DNA of 64,000 bases. Source: an uncultured bacterium. GTDB taxonomy: Bacteria > Desulfobacterota_D > UBA1144 > Nemesobacterales > UBA2774. Shown here piece after piece: positions 19,423-30,216 of the stretch (positions are counted from its first letter, which is position 1; every line of letters begins with the position of its first letter). Location: the NCBI GenBank assembly GCA_963705505.1, contig CAVPJU010000008.1, positions 96,001-160,000 of the forward strand. Direction: 5' to 3'. The notes under the pieces are model-generated. The model did no database searches, was not told where the DNA came from, and saw only the letters and a program-made list of their open reading frames with translations. The translations under genes were made by a program, and so were the position numbers.

Positions 19423-19860
19423 ACGGATAACCCTCCTCTTCGAAGAATTCGAAATAACTGCTCGACGTCTCGCTCAGCCTGAGGTGGACGAGTCTTTCCG
19501 GGAGACGCGACCTGAGCCGCTCCCATAAGTATTGCGCTATATTCTCCCCCGTGGGCTGCCGCTCCGTGAAATATGGCACTTCGATGTCGAGCCGCTTGTA
19601 GTCGAGCTCTTCGAGCGCCTGCCCGACGGCGCGGTCGAGCTCAACGGGGCTTATGACCATGCCGGTCCCGGGGTCTATATTCCCGGCGACCTTCACATCG
19701 AGATAATAATCGTGCCCGTGCCCGTTCGGGTTGGAGCAGGTATCGAATATTCTGAGATTCTCCTCGTCCGATAGCCCCTTTATATAGAGCCTGTGCCCCG
19801 CGGAAAAGCGGTACGTTTTCGTTACGGAAGCTATTTCCTTTATGTTTATTCCCTCCAGTA
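19412..19860 (-). CDS. 6-pyruvoyl/6-carboxy-tetrahydropterin synthase domain 2 (probably the continuation of 19846-20268)
   Basis: FSAGHRL, CSNPNGHGHDY, DPGTGMV, PTGENIA; no good start codon at the domain boundary. Confidence 0.8.
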
Positions 19861-20268
19861 ATCGACGTACAGGTCCGGCGTCTCGTAGAGTCTTATCCTG
19901 TATAGGCCGCATTTCGGGTTCCCCCCGAGCTTCTCCTCGAAGATTTCCCAGAGCACACGAGCGATATTTTCCGTGGTGGGGATTAAATCTTTGAAGTGCG
20001 GGTTATCGTCGTTTAAGTGCTTGTGATCGAACCCCGTGAGCACGTCCTTCATCAGGGTCTTGAGGTCGTAGAGGTTGATTATCATCCCGGTTTCGGGATC
20101 GACCTCCCCCTCAACCGTCACCTCGAGGCCGTAGTTATGGCCGTGCCCGTAAGGCCCCGCCGACTTCCCGAACACCTCGCGGTTCTTCTCTTCGCTCCAT
20201 TCGGGGTTCCAGTAGCGGTGAGAGGCGGAAAATTCCATTTTCTTTGTAAGGAGTTTCTTATAACCCAT
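19846..20268 (-). CDS. 6-pyruvoyl/6-carboxy-tetrahydropterin synthase domain 1
   Basis: FSASHRY, GHGHNY, DPETGMIINL, DHKHLN, PTTENIA. Confidence 0.88.
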   Translation of the reverse strand: MGYKKLLTKKMEFSASHRYWNPEWSEEKNREVFGKSAGPYGHGHNYGLEVTVEGEVDPETGMIINLYDLKTLMKDVLTGFDHKHLNDDNPHFKDLIPTTENIARVLWEIFEEKLGGNPKCGLYRIRLYETPDLYVDYWRE

Positions 20269-20366
20269 CCCAAATTCCCTTATATCCGGCGACCGATTAG
20301 GATAGCATAGTTAATTGACGCTACCAACTTCCTTTAGGGGATTGTGTGAGGTAACCTTTTTTATAC

Positions 20367-23300
20367 ATGAGGAGCGCCGATTCAAGGGAAAATCTCGAGA
20401 GGCTCATAGGCGGACTCGAAAAAAAGAGGAAAAGGTTCCTCCTTCTCAGGGGGCTTGCAGGCGCGGCTCTCGTATCCCTCACAGCCCTGACCGCCGTTTC
20501 GCTCCTCTCGCTTCCATTTAGCGGCCATCTTTATTACTCCCTGTTAAAAACCGCGCTCGTATTAAGCCTGGCATTAGGCATATACAGGTTTATTTACATA
20601 CCTCTTTTCAGAAACAAATCCGGCGGGGATATGCTGGGCGAGCTCGAGAGAAGCTCCCGCGGACTGGGTGAGGACACCCTCAACGCGGCCGAGCTTAACC
20701 GGGCGTCAGGGGATAATGCGTCAGGAACCTCTCAGGACCTCGCCTCGGCACACATCGGCTACGTCGCGGGAAGGCTCGAATCCCTCGACTTCAGATCGAT
20801 TTTCCCTCTGCGTAAGCTTAAAAAATTCGCTCTTCCGTTAGCAGGCGCGGCCCTTGTGACCGCGACAGTGATTTATTTCACTCCGCGGGAGTTCCTCTCG
20901 TACGTATTCAGCCCCGAACTCACCCCCTCGTCGGGCGGTCCCTCTCTCGAGCTTGCGGATATAGAGATAAGCCTCGACTATCCCGGCTATACGAAAGTGC
21001 CCCCCAAAACACTCAAGAACGGTACAGGGGACATCGAAGCGCTTAAGGGAACGAGGGTCAGGTTCGAAGCAAAGCCGCTCAGCGCATTCAACACCGGCAA
21101 GCTCATAACCGAGAGCGGAGCCTCTTACCCCGTAACAACTAAGGACGGAAAGATTACCGCCGAATTCACGGTACTCGGAAACGGGAGCTACCAGATAACG
21201 GAAGGGACCGGAGGCCTTAAGACCAGGCAATTCAAGATAACGTCATATCAGGACAAGAAACCGGAGATAAAGATAGAGAGCCCTCAGGGAGACGAGATAG
21301 AATCGGGCCCCGACGGGAGGGTGGATATAGTCTACGAAGCCAAGGATGATTACGGGCTCACCGAGTTCAGGCTCACATCGGAAGGAGAGGCCGGGAAGTC
21401 CGGCAAGCTCATAGGAAAGGCGAAGGATTCCCCGGGGACATACAAAGAGAGCTACACCCTTGACGCAGGGGGGCTTGATTTCGGGGGCGGGGATACGCTG
21501 AAACTCCGTGTCGAGGCCCTGGATAACGATTCCGTGTCCGGGCCCAATGTCGGGGTCTCGAACGCGATAACGGTCAAGCTCAAGGACGCGGCCAAGAGAC
21601 ACACCGACGTCATGAACTATGCCGGGCAGCTCATGGAGGAGATGATAGACACACTCGGGGACGAGATCGAAATCTCCGGCGGTGCGAAGACACGCGCACC
21701 GGCTGAAAATCCGGAAACAATAACAGCGCGCAATGATACTACTCCCACAAGCTCCGTCAACATCGACGAGATGCTCGGCACCCAGCAGAAGCTCACGGGG
21801 AAAATAGAAAGCGCATCCGTCACTCTTAAAAAAGCGCTCGAAAGCATGAAGGAAGACGACCGCTCCGATTACACATACTTCGCCGGTCTCTCGAATATGG
21901 ACGTGAGGATAGACGAGCTGCTCGACGAGCGCAGGGGTATTCTCGATAACTTCGCGAACGTCGATGTGCCCAGAGTGGGAAGGCTCATGAAAAGGGAGAT
22001 TACTGAGTTCGAGGAAGACATACTGTTCCTCGACTCGATGATAAAGGGCGAGAAACTCCGGGACTCGCTCCTTGCGGGGAAAGATCTCATGAAGGAATAC
22101 TCGGAGCTGTCCGACCTCCTATCGAAACTTAAAGAGACGGGCGACGAAGCGCTCAAATCGGAAATACAGAAGAAGCTCGATGAGCTGAAAAAACTGATGG
22201 CGCAGCTCACCGAGAAAATGACCGCCATGAGCGGGGACATACAGGAGGCGTTTCTCAACCGCGACGCATTCAAATCGATGGACATGCAGAAGAAGCTCGA
22301 TGAGATCGCCAAGCTCATGGAGGAGGGCAATATTGAGAAGGCCATGCAGATGCTGGCACAGCTCCAGAATAGCCTCCAGGGCATGATCGCTTCGCTCGAA
22401 AGCGGCTACCAGTCGTTCAGCATGTCGTCCCTGTCGCAGGACATGTCCAAGCTGAACGAGCTCATAGCGAGGATCGATGGGCTCGAGAGAGAGGAATCGG
22501 GGTTGAAGGACAGGACCCAGGGGCTTAAGGAATCTCTCCTGAAGAACCCGGGCTCCGAGAGCGATAACCTGCGCAAGTTCATAGATAAGGAAAAGGAAAG
22601 GGTCGAAGAGATAAAAAAGAACCTTTCACAGGCCAAATCCAAGGTCACGAAAGACGGGGAGAGCGAAAGCTCTCCCGAAGGCACATACCTCCTCGACAGC
22701 CTCATGCAGAAGGCGGAGGAGCTCAAAAACTGGCTCGACTCCATGGAATTGAAAGAGGCTTACAAGAACGCAAGTAATGTCGAGGAAACATCGAAGGGGC
22801 TCCTCGACCTTGGCGACGCAGGCGTCGGCAACCTGAAGGACGCCAGGGCGGAGATAGGGAATTCGCAGCAGATCGCGGGCCAGGTCGCCCGTGACCTCGA
22901 GAAGTTCCTCGGCTCCGGGGAAGAAGCGCCCGCGTCCTCGGGGATGGCGAAGAGGCAGGACGAAATAAAAGATGAGACGGGGGGTCTATCGGAGGATCTC
23001 GAGAAACTCAGCAAGGAAATGCTCTTTAGCCCCGGAATAGGCGAAGACCTGGGCGACGCGGAAAACCACATGGGCAGGGCTTCCGATAACCTCAACGGCA
23101 ATGAGCTCTCAAAAGCCATCTCGAGTCAGGACGAAGCCGTCAAGTCGCTTAAGGAAGCGAAGGAGAAAGCGGAGGACATGCTTCAGAAGATGCAGGCGAG
23201 CGCGCAGGGAAACGGCTCCTCAGTTCCCATGGTGCTCGGGCAGCAGCAGAACCAACAGGGGCCGCAGGGAGTGGATACGGGGTATGTCGAGATTCCCGAA

Positions 23301-23420
23301 GCAGCCGAGACGGAGATCGGGAAAGAATTTAAGGAGAAGATATTACAGGCCATGAAAGGGGGCTCGCCCGAAGGTTACAGCGAGCTCAACAAGAAATACT
23401 ACGACAGGATTATAAAATGA
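20367..23420 (+). CDS. DUF4175-like large membrane-anchored coiled-coil protein
   Basis: N-terminal TM helices, Ig-like region with AKDDYGL and EALDNDSVSGP, long coiled coil, C-terminal ILQAMK...GYSELNKKYY. Confidence 0.75.
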   Translation: MRSADSRENLERLIGGLEKKRKRFLLLRGLAGAALVSLTALTAVSLLSLPFSGHLYYSLLKTALVLSLALGIYRFIYIPLFRNKSGGDMLGELERSSRGLGEDTLNAAELNRASGDNASGTSQDLASAHIGYVAGRLESLDFRSIFPLRKLKKFALPLAGAALVTATVIYFTPREFLSYVFSPELTPSSGGPSLELADIEISLDYPGYTKVPPKTLKNGTGDIEALKGTRVRFEAKPLSAFNTGKLITESGASYPVTTKDGKITAEFTVLGNGSYQITEGTGGLKTRQFKITSYQDKKPEIKIESPQGDEIESGPDGRVDIVYEAKDDYGLTEFRLTSEGEAGKSGKLIGKAKDSPGTYKESYTLDAGGLDFGGGDTLKLRVEALDNDSVSGPNVGVSNAITVKLKDAAKRHTDVMNYAGQLMEEMIDTLGDEIEISGGAKTRAPAENPETITARNDTTPTSSVNIDEMLGTQQKLTGKIESASVTLKKALESMKEDDRSDYTYFAGLSNMDVRIDELLDERRGILDNFANVDVPRVGRLMKREITEFEEDILFLDSMIKGEKLRDSLLAGKDLMKEYSELSDLLSKLKETGDEALKSEIQKKLDELKKLMAQLTEKMTAMSGDIQEAFLNRDAFKSMDMQKKLDEIAKLMEEGNIEKAMQMLAQLQNSLQGMIASLESGYQSFSMSSLSQDMSKLNELIARIDGLEREESGLKDRTQGLKESLLKNPGSESDNLRKFIDKEKERVEEIKKNLSQAKSKVTKDGESESSPEGTYLLDSLMQKAEELKNWLDSMELKEAYKNASNVEETSKGLLDLGDAGVGNLKDARAEIGNSQQIAGQVARDLEKFLGSGEEAPASSGMAKRQDEIKDETGGLSEDLEKLSKEMLFSPGIGEDLGDAENHMGRASDNLNGNELSKAISSQDEAVKSLKEAKEKAEDMLQKMQASAQGNGSSVPMVLGQQQNQQGPQGVDTGYVEIPEAAETEIGKEFKEKILQAMKGGSPEGYSELNKKYYDRIIK

Positions 23421-25048
23421 GCTCCCGCGTTATATCTGTAAATACATTACTTACACTCCTGATGCTCCTGTCATCCGTGGCGTGGGCGGAACGGGCGTTT
23501 GCCGAAACGGAGGGCTTCATACCGTTACTCCAGGAAGCTGAAGCCGACATAAAGGAGTGGAAGATAAGGGAAGCGTCCGAGAAGGCGGACAGGGCGCTCG
23601 AGCTCGCTGGCGAAGGCGAGGAAAAGCACGACGCGTATTATCTCAAGGCTGTTGTCGAATTCTATAAGGGCAATTACGGAGAAGCCCAGAAGTACGCCGA
23701 AAAGACACTAAACGCAGTCCGGTCGGGAGAAAAGAAGGAAGAAGACGGGTTCATGGATTTCATAAAGCACGTCGCGCAAAAGAAGCCCGATTTCAAGGAA
23801 GTGAAATCCGAGCACTTCACTATAAGGTACGCGCACCCGAAGGACTACATAATAGCCGAGTACGGAAAAGAAGTGCTCGAGAAATCCCGCTATGAGATCG
23901 GCCTCGACCTCGAGGAATACCCGGATGACCCGGTGATAGTCGAGATATACCCCGACCTCGAAAGCTTCACGATAGCCTCCACGCTGCCTCCGGAAAACGT
24001 AGAGAAGACGGGCGTCGTCGGCATATGCAAGTTCAACAGGGTAATGATACTGTCCCCCCGCGTCCTTCCGCGGGGCTACACCTGGTCCGATACCCTCGCT
24101 CACGAATACACCCACTACCTCATATTCCTCAAGAGCGAGAACACGGTCCCCGTGTGGCTCCACGAGGGCATAGCGAAGTTCGAGGAGACGAGGTGGAGGG
24201 AGAAGAAGCGGAACGTGTTCAGCCCGTTCTACGAGACCATACTCGCGGACGCGCTTGCAAAGAACGACCTCGTGCCGATCGAAAAGATGCATCCGTCGCT
24301 CGCGCTACTTGACAGCGCACGCGAAGCGCAGCTTGCGTTCGCGCAGGCGGCAACCAGCATCAGCTATATCGTCGACAAGTGGGGAAACGGCGGGCTCGTA
24401 GATCTGCTCGAGGCTATGAAAGCTGAAGACGACTACAAAGCGGCGCTCACGGACGTGACGGGCCTCGACTTCGATACATATTACAGATCATGGAAAAATT
24501 ATCTGAAAGGAAAACACCTGACCGAAAAGATACCGGGCATGAAGGTAAAGGGAATCAGGATAAGCAATAAAGACGGGGAAACCGGAGACGGGAGCGAAGA
24601 CTTGGTCGATATAGATAACGGGAAGGCGCGGGGCCACACCAGGCTGGGTGACCTTCTCAAGACGAGGGGGAGGCTCCGCTCCGCATCTTACGAATATGAA
24701 AAGGCGCTCGGCTTCGACCCGGGCTCGCCCCTCATATCCACACGCCTCGCCTCCGTGCTTAACGGTTCGGGCGAAACCGACAAGGCGCTTGGCATACTCG
24801 ACCCGCTTATAGAAATTTATCCCGAAAATATGGACATATACCTCGTTCTCGGAAGAATATATCTCGAAAAAGAGAACATGCAGAAGGCGGAGGAATCGTA
24901 TAAGACCGCGATTTCCATAAACCCGTTCGACCCAGAGATACACACCGCCCTCGTTTCGATCTACGAGAAATCCGGCAGGAAGGACGAAGCGGAAAGGGAG
25001 AAGAAAATTCTCAACATACTATCGCAAAAGGAAGAAGATCATGAATAA
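23417..25048 (+). CDS. TPR-containing peptidase MA-family (gluzincin-like) protein
   Basis: Signal peptide, TPRs, LAHEYTH plus downstream PVWLHEGIA zinc ligands. Confidence 0.85.
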   Translation: MSSRVISVNTLLTLLMLLSSVAWAERAFAETEGFIPLLQEAEADIKEWKIREASEKADRALELAGEGEEKHDAYYLKAVVEFYKGNYGEAQKYAEKTLNAVRSGEKKEEDGFMDFIKHVAQKKPDFKEVKSEHFTIRYAHPKDYIIAEYGKEVLEKSRYEIGLDLEEYPDDPVIVEIYPDLESFTIASTLPPENVEKTGVVGICKFNRVMILSPRVLPRGYTWSDTLAHEYTHYLIFLKSENTVPVWLHEGIAKFEETRWREKKRNVFSPFYETILADALAKNDLVPIEKMHPSLALLDSAREAQLAFAQAATSISYIVDKWGNGGLVDLLEAMKAEDDYKAALTDVTGLDFDTYYRSWKNYLKGKHLTEKIPGMKVKGIRISNKDGETGDGSEDLVDIDNGKARGHTRLGDLLKTRGRLRSASYEYEKALGFDPGSPLISTRLASVLNGSGETDKALGILDPLIEIYPENMDIYLVLGRIYLEKENMQKAEESYKTAISINPFDPEIHTALVSIYEKSGRKDEAEREKKILNILSQKEEDHE

Positions 25049-26072
25049 CGAACTCGAATCGAGAGAAGACAGAGAGAGGGTGGAAGAGCTCGCTAAAGTC
25101 AGGAGCGAAATAGTGCGCGAGATAGGGAAGGTCATAGTGGGACAGGAGAAGGTGATAGACCATCTCCTCATATCCCTCATGTCTTCGGGGCATTCGCTAT
25201 TCGTCGGAGTCCCGGGGCTCGCGAAGACGCTGCTTGTGAGCACGCTGTCGGATGTGCTCAATCTCAGGTTCAACAGGGTCCAGTTCACGCCCGACCTCAT
25301 GCCTTCAGACATCACGGGCTCCGAGGTGCTTGAGAAGGACCCGGTCTCGGACCAGAGGTTCTTCAGATTCATACACGGCCCCATTTTCTGCAACATACTG
25401 CTCGCGGACGAGATAAACAGGGCCTCGCCCAAGACCCAGGCGGCGCTCCTTCAGGCGATGCAGGAGAAAAAGGTCACCGTGGGCGGGGAGACCTACCCGA
25501 TAGCAGCCCCTTTCCTCGTGTTCGCCACACAGAACCCGATAGAGCAGGAGGGGACATACCCTCTCCCCGAGGCGGAGCTAGACAGGTTCATGTTCCAGAT
25601 AGACGTCACCTACCCGTCCTACGAAGAAGAGGTCGAGATAGTGAAGACGACCACGGGCACTTATAAACCGGAGCCGACCAAGATCCTCGACTCGAAAAAA
25701 ATTATCGAATACCAGGAGCTCGTACACCGCGTCCCCGTCTCGGACCACGTGGCGGCTTACGCCGTGAGGGTCGCGAGGGCGACGAGGCCCGACGACCCGG
25801 GTACTCCCGAGTCCGTGAGGCAAGGGGTTTCGTGGGGTGTGGGGCCGAGGGCTTCTCAGTACTTGATACTCGGCAGCAAGGCGCGCGCGGTCCTCTCAGG
25901 GAGATACACACCCACGACAGAGGACGTGAAGGCTATAGCCCCTGCCGTGCTCAAGCACAGGGTGGTGCTGAATTTCAGGGCGGAAGCCGAAGGCATAAGG
26001 CCCGACGATATTATTCGGGAGATCCTGGATAAGATTGACCCTCTCGGGGACGCTCATCTCCGAGCTTCCTGA
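25041..26072 (+). CDS. moxR: MoxR family AAA+ ATPase
   Basis: GVPGLAKT, RVQFTPDLMPSDITG, LLADEINRASPKTQAALL, ATQNPIEQEGTYPLPEA. Confidence 0.95.
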   Translation: MNNELESREDRERVEELAKVRSEIVREIGKVIVGQEKVIDHLLISLMSSGHSLFVGVPGLAKTLLVSTLSDVLNLRFNRVQFTPDLMPSDITGSEVLEKDPVSDQRFFRFIHGPIFCNILLADEINRASPKTQAALLQAMQEKKVTVGGETYPIAAPFLVFATQNPIEQEGTYPLPEAELDRFMFQIDVTYPSYEEEVEIVKTTTGTYKPEPTKILDSKKIIEYQELVHRVPVSDHVAAYAVRVARATRPDDPGTPESVRQGVSWGVGPRASQYLILGSKARAVLSGRYTPTTEDVKAIAPAVLKHRVVLNFRAEAEGIRPDDIIREILDKIDPLGDAHLRAS

Positions 26073-27594
26073 CGACGGCCGTATTGGGGAATTTATTTTG
26101 CAGAAGCGCCTCGACTGAGGGCTCCATTCTCGAGAGGAACGGTTTCGGGAATATTCCCATCACGAACATCATGATCGCGATAGGCAGAAGGACCAGTATC
26201 TCTCTCAGGTTTATATCCTTGAGTATCTTATTCTCGGGCTTGTCGAGAGGGCCGAACATCACGTTCTGATACGCCATAAGCATGTAAACGGCGCCCAATA
26301 TTATGCCCGTCGCTCCGAGCGCGGCGTAGATATAATTAAACTCGAAAGTGCCCAAAAGTATCAGGAACTCGCCCACGAACCCGTTGAGCAGCGGGAGCCC
26401 TATAGAAGAGAGTGTCGCGAGCATGAAGAACGCGGCGAACACGGGCATCGCCTTCGCTATCCCGCCGAACTCGGCGATCTTTTTCGTATGACGCCTCTCG
26501 TATATCATCCCCACGATGAGGAAGAGCGCCCCCGTAGAAAGCCCGTGGTTTAACATCTGGTATATACCGCCCTCGACGCCCTGCAAGTTAAGCACGAACA
26601 GGCCGAGCATGACCATTCCCATGTGGCTCACGCTCGAATACGCGACGAGCTTTTTCAAGTCCTTCTGAGCGAAGGCGACAAACGCGCCGTATATTATGCC
26701 GATTATCGCAATTGCTATCAGAACGGGGAGGTATTTCTCGACCGCCTGCGGGAAAAACGGCAGGAGGAACCTCAGAAATCCGTATGTCCCCATCTTTAGC
26801 AGCACGCCCGCAAGTATGACGCTTCCCGCGGTAGGGGCTTCCACGTGCGCGTCGGGGAGCCACGTGTGGAACGGGAACATCGGCACCTTGATAGCGAAGG
26901 CAAGGAAGAACGCCAGGAAGGTAAGCCCCTGAGGGCTCAGAATCCCGTAAAACGGTATGTTCAGCTTATAGAAATCGAGCACGTCCATCGAGGGCGCGCC
27001 GAATTGTTTTATGTGCTGGAAGAACAAATAAAAGATGGCTATAAGCATGAGGGCGCTTCCGAAAGCCGTGTAGAGGAAGAACTTAACGGCTGCGTATATC
27101 CTCCTCTCCGTCCCCCAAATCCCGATCATTAAGTACATCGGTATGAGTACCGCCTCCCAGAATACGAAAAACAGGATCATATCGAGCGCGGCGAAAGTCC
27201 CTATGAGGGCGGTTTCGAGTATCAGCATGAGTACGAGGAACTCCCTCATCCCCTTATGTATCGCGTGCCAGGAGCTCAAAATCGTGATAGGCATTATGAA
27301 AGTAGTCAGCAGAACGAGGAACAGGCTTATGCCGTCGAGCCCCACGTGGTAGCTAACGCCCAGGCTGGCGATCCACGGTATTTTCGTCTCGAACTGCATC
27401 CCGGGAAATCCCCCGGCGAACGAGGTGAATAAAGGGATAGAAAGAAGGAACTCTATAATGGTAACAACCAGAGCCCCTTGCTTCATCTTTTCTTCGGAGT
27501 CTTTGTAGATATACGACAGGAGCAGGACGACCGGAATCCCCACGAGCGGGAAAAATATGACTAGAGACAGGTTTCCGCTGAATACAGATTCCAT
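26011..27594 (-). CDS. nuoM: NADH-quinone oxidoreductase subunit M (stand-alone)
   Basis: GLDGISL, FFVFWEAVLIPMY, AFAIKVPMFPFHTWLPDAHVEAPTAGS, DLKKLVAYSSVSHMG. Confidence 0.95.
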   Translation of the reverse strand: MESVFSGNLSLVIFFPLVGIPVVLLLSYIYKDSEEKMKQGALVVTIIEFLLSIPLFTSFAGGFPGMQFETKIPWIASLGVSYHVGLDGISLFLVLLTTFIMPITILSSWHAIHKGMREFLVLMLILETALIGTFAALDMILFFVFWEAVLIPMYLMIGIWGTERRIYAAVKFFLYTAFGSALMLIAIFYLFFQHIKQFGAPSMDVLDFYKLNIPFYGILSPQGLTFLAFFLAFAIKVPMFPFHTWLPDAHVEAPTAGSVILAGVLLKMGTYGFLRFLLPFFPQAVEKYLPVLIAIAIIGIIYGAFVAFAQKDLKKLVAYSSVSHMGMVMLGLFVLNLQGVEGGIYQMLNHGLSTGALFLIVGMIYERRHTKKIAEFGGIAKAMPVFAAFFMLATLSSIGLPLLNGFVGEFLILLGTFEFNYIYAALGATGIILGAVYMLMAYQNVMFGPLDKPENKILKDINLREILVLLPIAIMMFVMGIFPKPFLSRMEPSVEALLQNKFPNTAVVRKLGDERPREGQSYPGSPE

Positions 27595-27798
27595 TTAAGG
27601 TTAATTCCTCAGTCCGAAGGTATAGAAGCCGATAACAGGGGTGTAAATATACTTGAGGCGAAGGATGTTTCAAGAATAAAGAATTATGTGCGAAACGGGC
27701 TTAAAGCATATATAGAAATAAATATAAATGTGCTAATATAGAGATATTAACTAACGATTACTTTCCATCCAAGCGAAAGTATCAGGGGGGAAAATCAG

Positions 27799-28606
27799 AT
27801 GCCTAAAGTAAAAGCCAACGGTATAAGTATCAATTACGAGAAAACGGGACAGGGAGAGCCCCTTATAATGATCCCTTATCTGAGCGCCGACAACGCCTGC
27901 TACGCCTTCCAGACGCCCGAGTATGGAAAGAGCTTCGAATGCATCTCGTTAGACCCGAGAGGGGCGGGAGAGACCGACAAACCTGAGGGGCCCTACTCGA
28001 TGGAGCTGTTCGCCGACGACGTAGCGGCTTTTATGGACGCGCTCGGAGTAAAGAGCGCGCACGTGATGGGCGTTTCTTTAGGTGCGGCGACGGCGATGTG
28101 GCTCGCGGCGAAATATCCGGCGAAGGTCAAATCGCTCTCCGTTACACAGCGGGTGGACGAAGTCAGACCCGTTTTTGCAGACTGTAGTGGAAGGCTGGCG
28201 CGTGACCGCCAAGGCGCTTGGCAATGTCGCGGAGGCTGTCATCCTGGGTATTTTCCCCTGGTGTTTCACGCCCGTGCTTTACGCCTCGAAGCCCGAATAC
28301 ATAAAGGCCCTATCCGATTTTGTGAGGAGCAGACCGGCTCAGCCCGTGGACGCGTTCCTGAGGCAGAGCGAAGCCGTTCTGGCGCACGACTGCGAGGCCC
28401 AGCTCGGCAAAATCAAAGCGCCGACCCTTATAACATTCGGCGAGTACGATATGGTATGCTCGACCCGTTTCGCCGACAGGATGAAGAAAAACATCAAAAA
28501 TTCCGAGCTGTTAATTTTTAAGGACTGCGCACACGCCGGGCTATACGAGAATGTAGAAGAGTTCAACAAGAAGACAATGGATTTCCTGGTAAAGCATTCG
28601 GGGTAG
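27799..28606 (+). CDS. Alpha/beta hydrolase with a single frameshift near 28140
   Basis: DPRGAGET and GVSLG nucleophile motif in the first frame; IKAPTLITFGEYD and CAH in the second frame. Confidence 0.85.
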
Positions 28607-28609
28607 ATT

Positions 28610-28900
28610 TCAGGCTCGTGCCTGATAGCGCTCTACTTTGATTTTATTGGCGGCTTTTCTGGCCTGGGCGATATCATAGGATGTCTGCATTCTGAGCAAT
28701 GTATCCATCCTGAGGCCGAAAGCCTTTTCAAAGCGTAAGGCCATTTCAGGCGACAATGATGCCCTGCCGTTTAAAAGTCTGGATAAGGCAGGCCTGGTCA
28801 CACCAAGTATTTTAGACGCGGCTGTGACAGTCAGATTGAGAGGGTCTACAACCTCCTCTTTTAGAAAAACGCCCGGATGCGGCGGGTTATACATACGCAT
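28610..28900 (-). CDS. higA: HigA family addiction-module antitoxin
   Basis: PPHPGVFL, LGVTRPALSRLLNG, SPEMALRFEKAFG. Confidence 0.95.
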   Translation of the reverse strand: MRMYNPPHPGVFLKEEVVDPLNLTVTAASKILGVTRPALSRLLNGRASLSPEMALRFEKAFGLRMDTLLRMQTSYDIAQARKAANKIKVERYQARA

Positions 28901-28911
28901 TGCACTACCTC

Positions 28912-29201
28912 CTAATGATACTCTTCAAAGTCCAAATCATAAATTTCGTTTTCTTCGGGATCGTAGCAGAATGTTAATCTCCAGTTTTGCGTTACGCTCA
29001 TGCTCCAAGTTCCTTTCCGATTCCCTTTCAATTGATGGATCTTCCACATCGGCAGGGCTTCAAGCTCGCCAGCTTCTCCATATCCTGCAAAAAACCCAGC
29101 ATATTAACGAGTTTCGTCACCGCTTGCGCCGGAACACCCTTCGGCTCGCCCTGTAAATAGAGCCTTTTCAGACCCTTGTGCACGATATTTCTGATCTTCA
29201 C
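28912..29201 (-). pseudogene. higB: HigB (RelE-like) toxin, frameshifted near 29075
   Basis: Manual translation: VKIRNIVHKGLKRLY...MLGFLQDM, frameshift, then LPMWKIHQLKGNRKGTWSMSVTQNWRLTF...DLDFEEYH*. Confidence 0.85.
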
Positions 29202-29208
29202 AATTTAT

Positions 29209-29227
29209 TGTAACTCGTAAGTTTACA
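29209..29227. promoter_or_regulatory. Putative HigA operator
   Basis: TGTAA-N9-TTACA inverted repeat just upstream of the higB start. Confidence 0.4.
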
Positions 29228-29579
29228 CTTTACAAGATGAAAGTTTGTTCTTTATCGGAATTGTGCCGCGAACCTGGACGGCGCCCACGCCGGGCCTAGG
29301 AGGGACGGCGAAGAGTGCAACAAATAGACGAGGACTCTCGAAGGCATCGGGGAAGAACTAGAGAATTGAAACGAAATTAGGAAAGATGTTTACAACGATC
29401 ATGAATTCGTGGCCTAAGTAAATAGGCTTGTAGTTAGATCGCAAGAAAATGGTAACGGAAGCACTTTCTCTTGAGCGTCTTACTTATCTAGTTGTTCTGC
29501 ACTCGCAACTCCCAGCAATGATGTTAGCTTTTCATTAATATAATGATCTTATTAGCGAATTGCTATGGCGCGTCAGTAC

Positions 29580-30146
29580 CAACTTAGTGATATGGATAAT
29601 TTTTCGAAATAGAAGCGAGAGTATGTTACTGGTAAGTGGGTTTCAGATAATTCTTCGGAATCAATGCGTCAGACTCTTTCTAAAATTGTGAAGCCATTCC
29701 AGCTTTTCACTACGTCTGAACATTGACAGTTCTTGGGCGGCATTAACGTCTGATGCATAATATTCGTTGAATAGCCAGTGCATCGTAGAATTGGTAATGC
29801 TTTTCTTAGACCGAGAATTTCGCATAGTGTGAGTTTTAGGCTTCGCGCGTAATATCGGCGTTGAGAATCTCCAAGCTTGATCGCATCCTTGGATAGGCAC
29901 CTTGTAAATTTCCTTCCATGGTTCTTCTCCCAATCGATACCGATGAAGTCTATCTTTTGGTTGTCTTCCGGAAATTGCAAGATTTGCAGATCCTTTTAAG
30001 GCTTCTATCATCGAACGGTATAAAACGAGATGAGACTCCCGTGCCACTCGAAACATGCTAGGTCGTGAACGCTTCATCTCAAACTTGATATGAAACAAAC
30101 CGTTCTTGATAAGACTAAGATTGTCTATTGATTGGTATATTGGCAT
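29580..30146 (-). pseudogene. Degraded AT-rich hypothetical gene, possibly HEPN-like
   Basis: ORF 29661-30146 ends LEWLHNFRKSLTH (R-x4-H), followed by IPKNY in a shifted frame. Confidence 0.35.
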
Positions 30147-30216
30147 TGAACCTTCTTATCTTGGGATTTCTCGAATTACACAAAATTCCCGTATGCCACA
30201 TGAAGCAGAAATGTAA

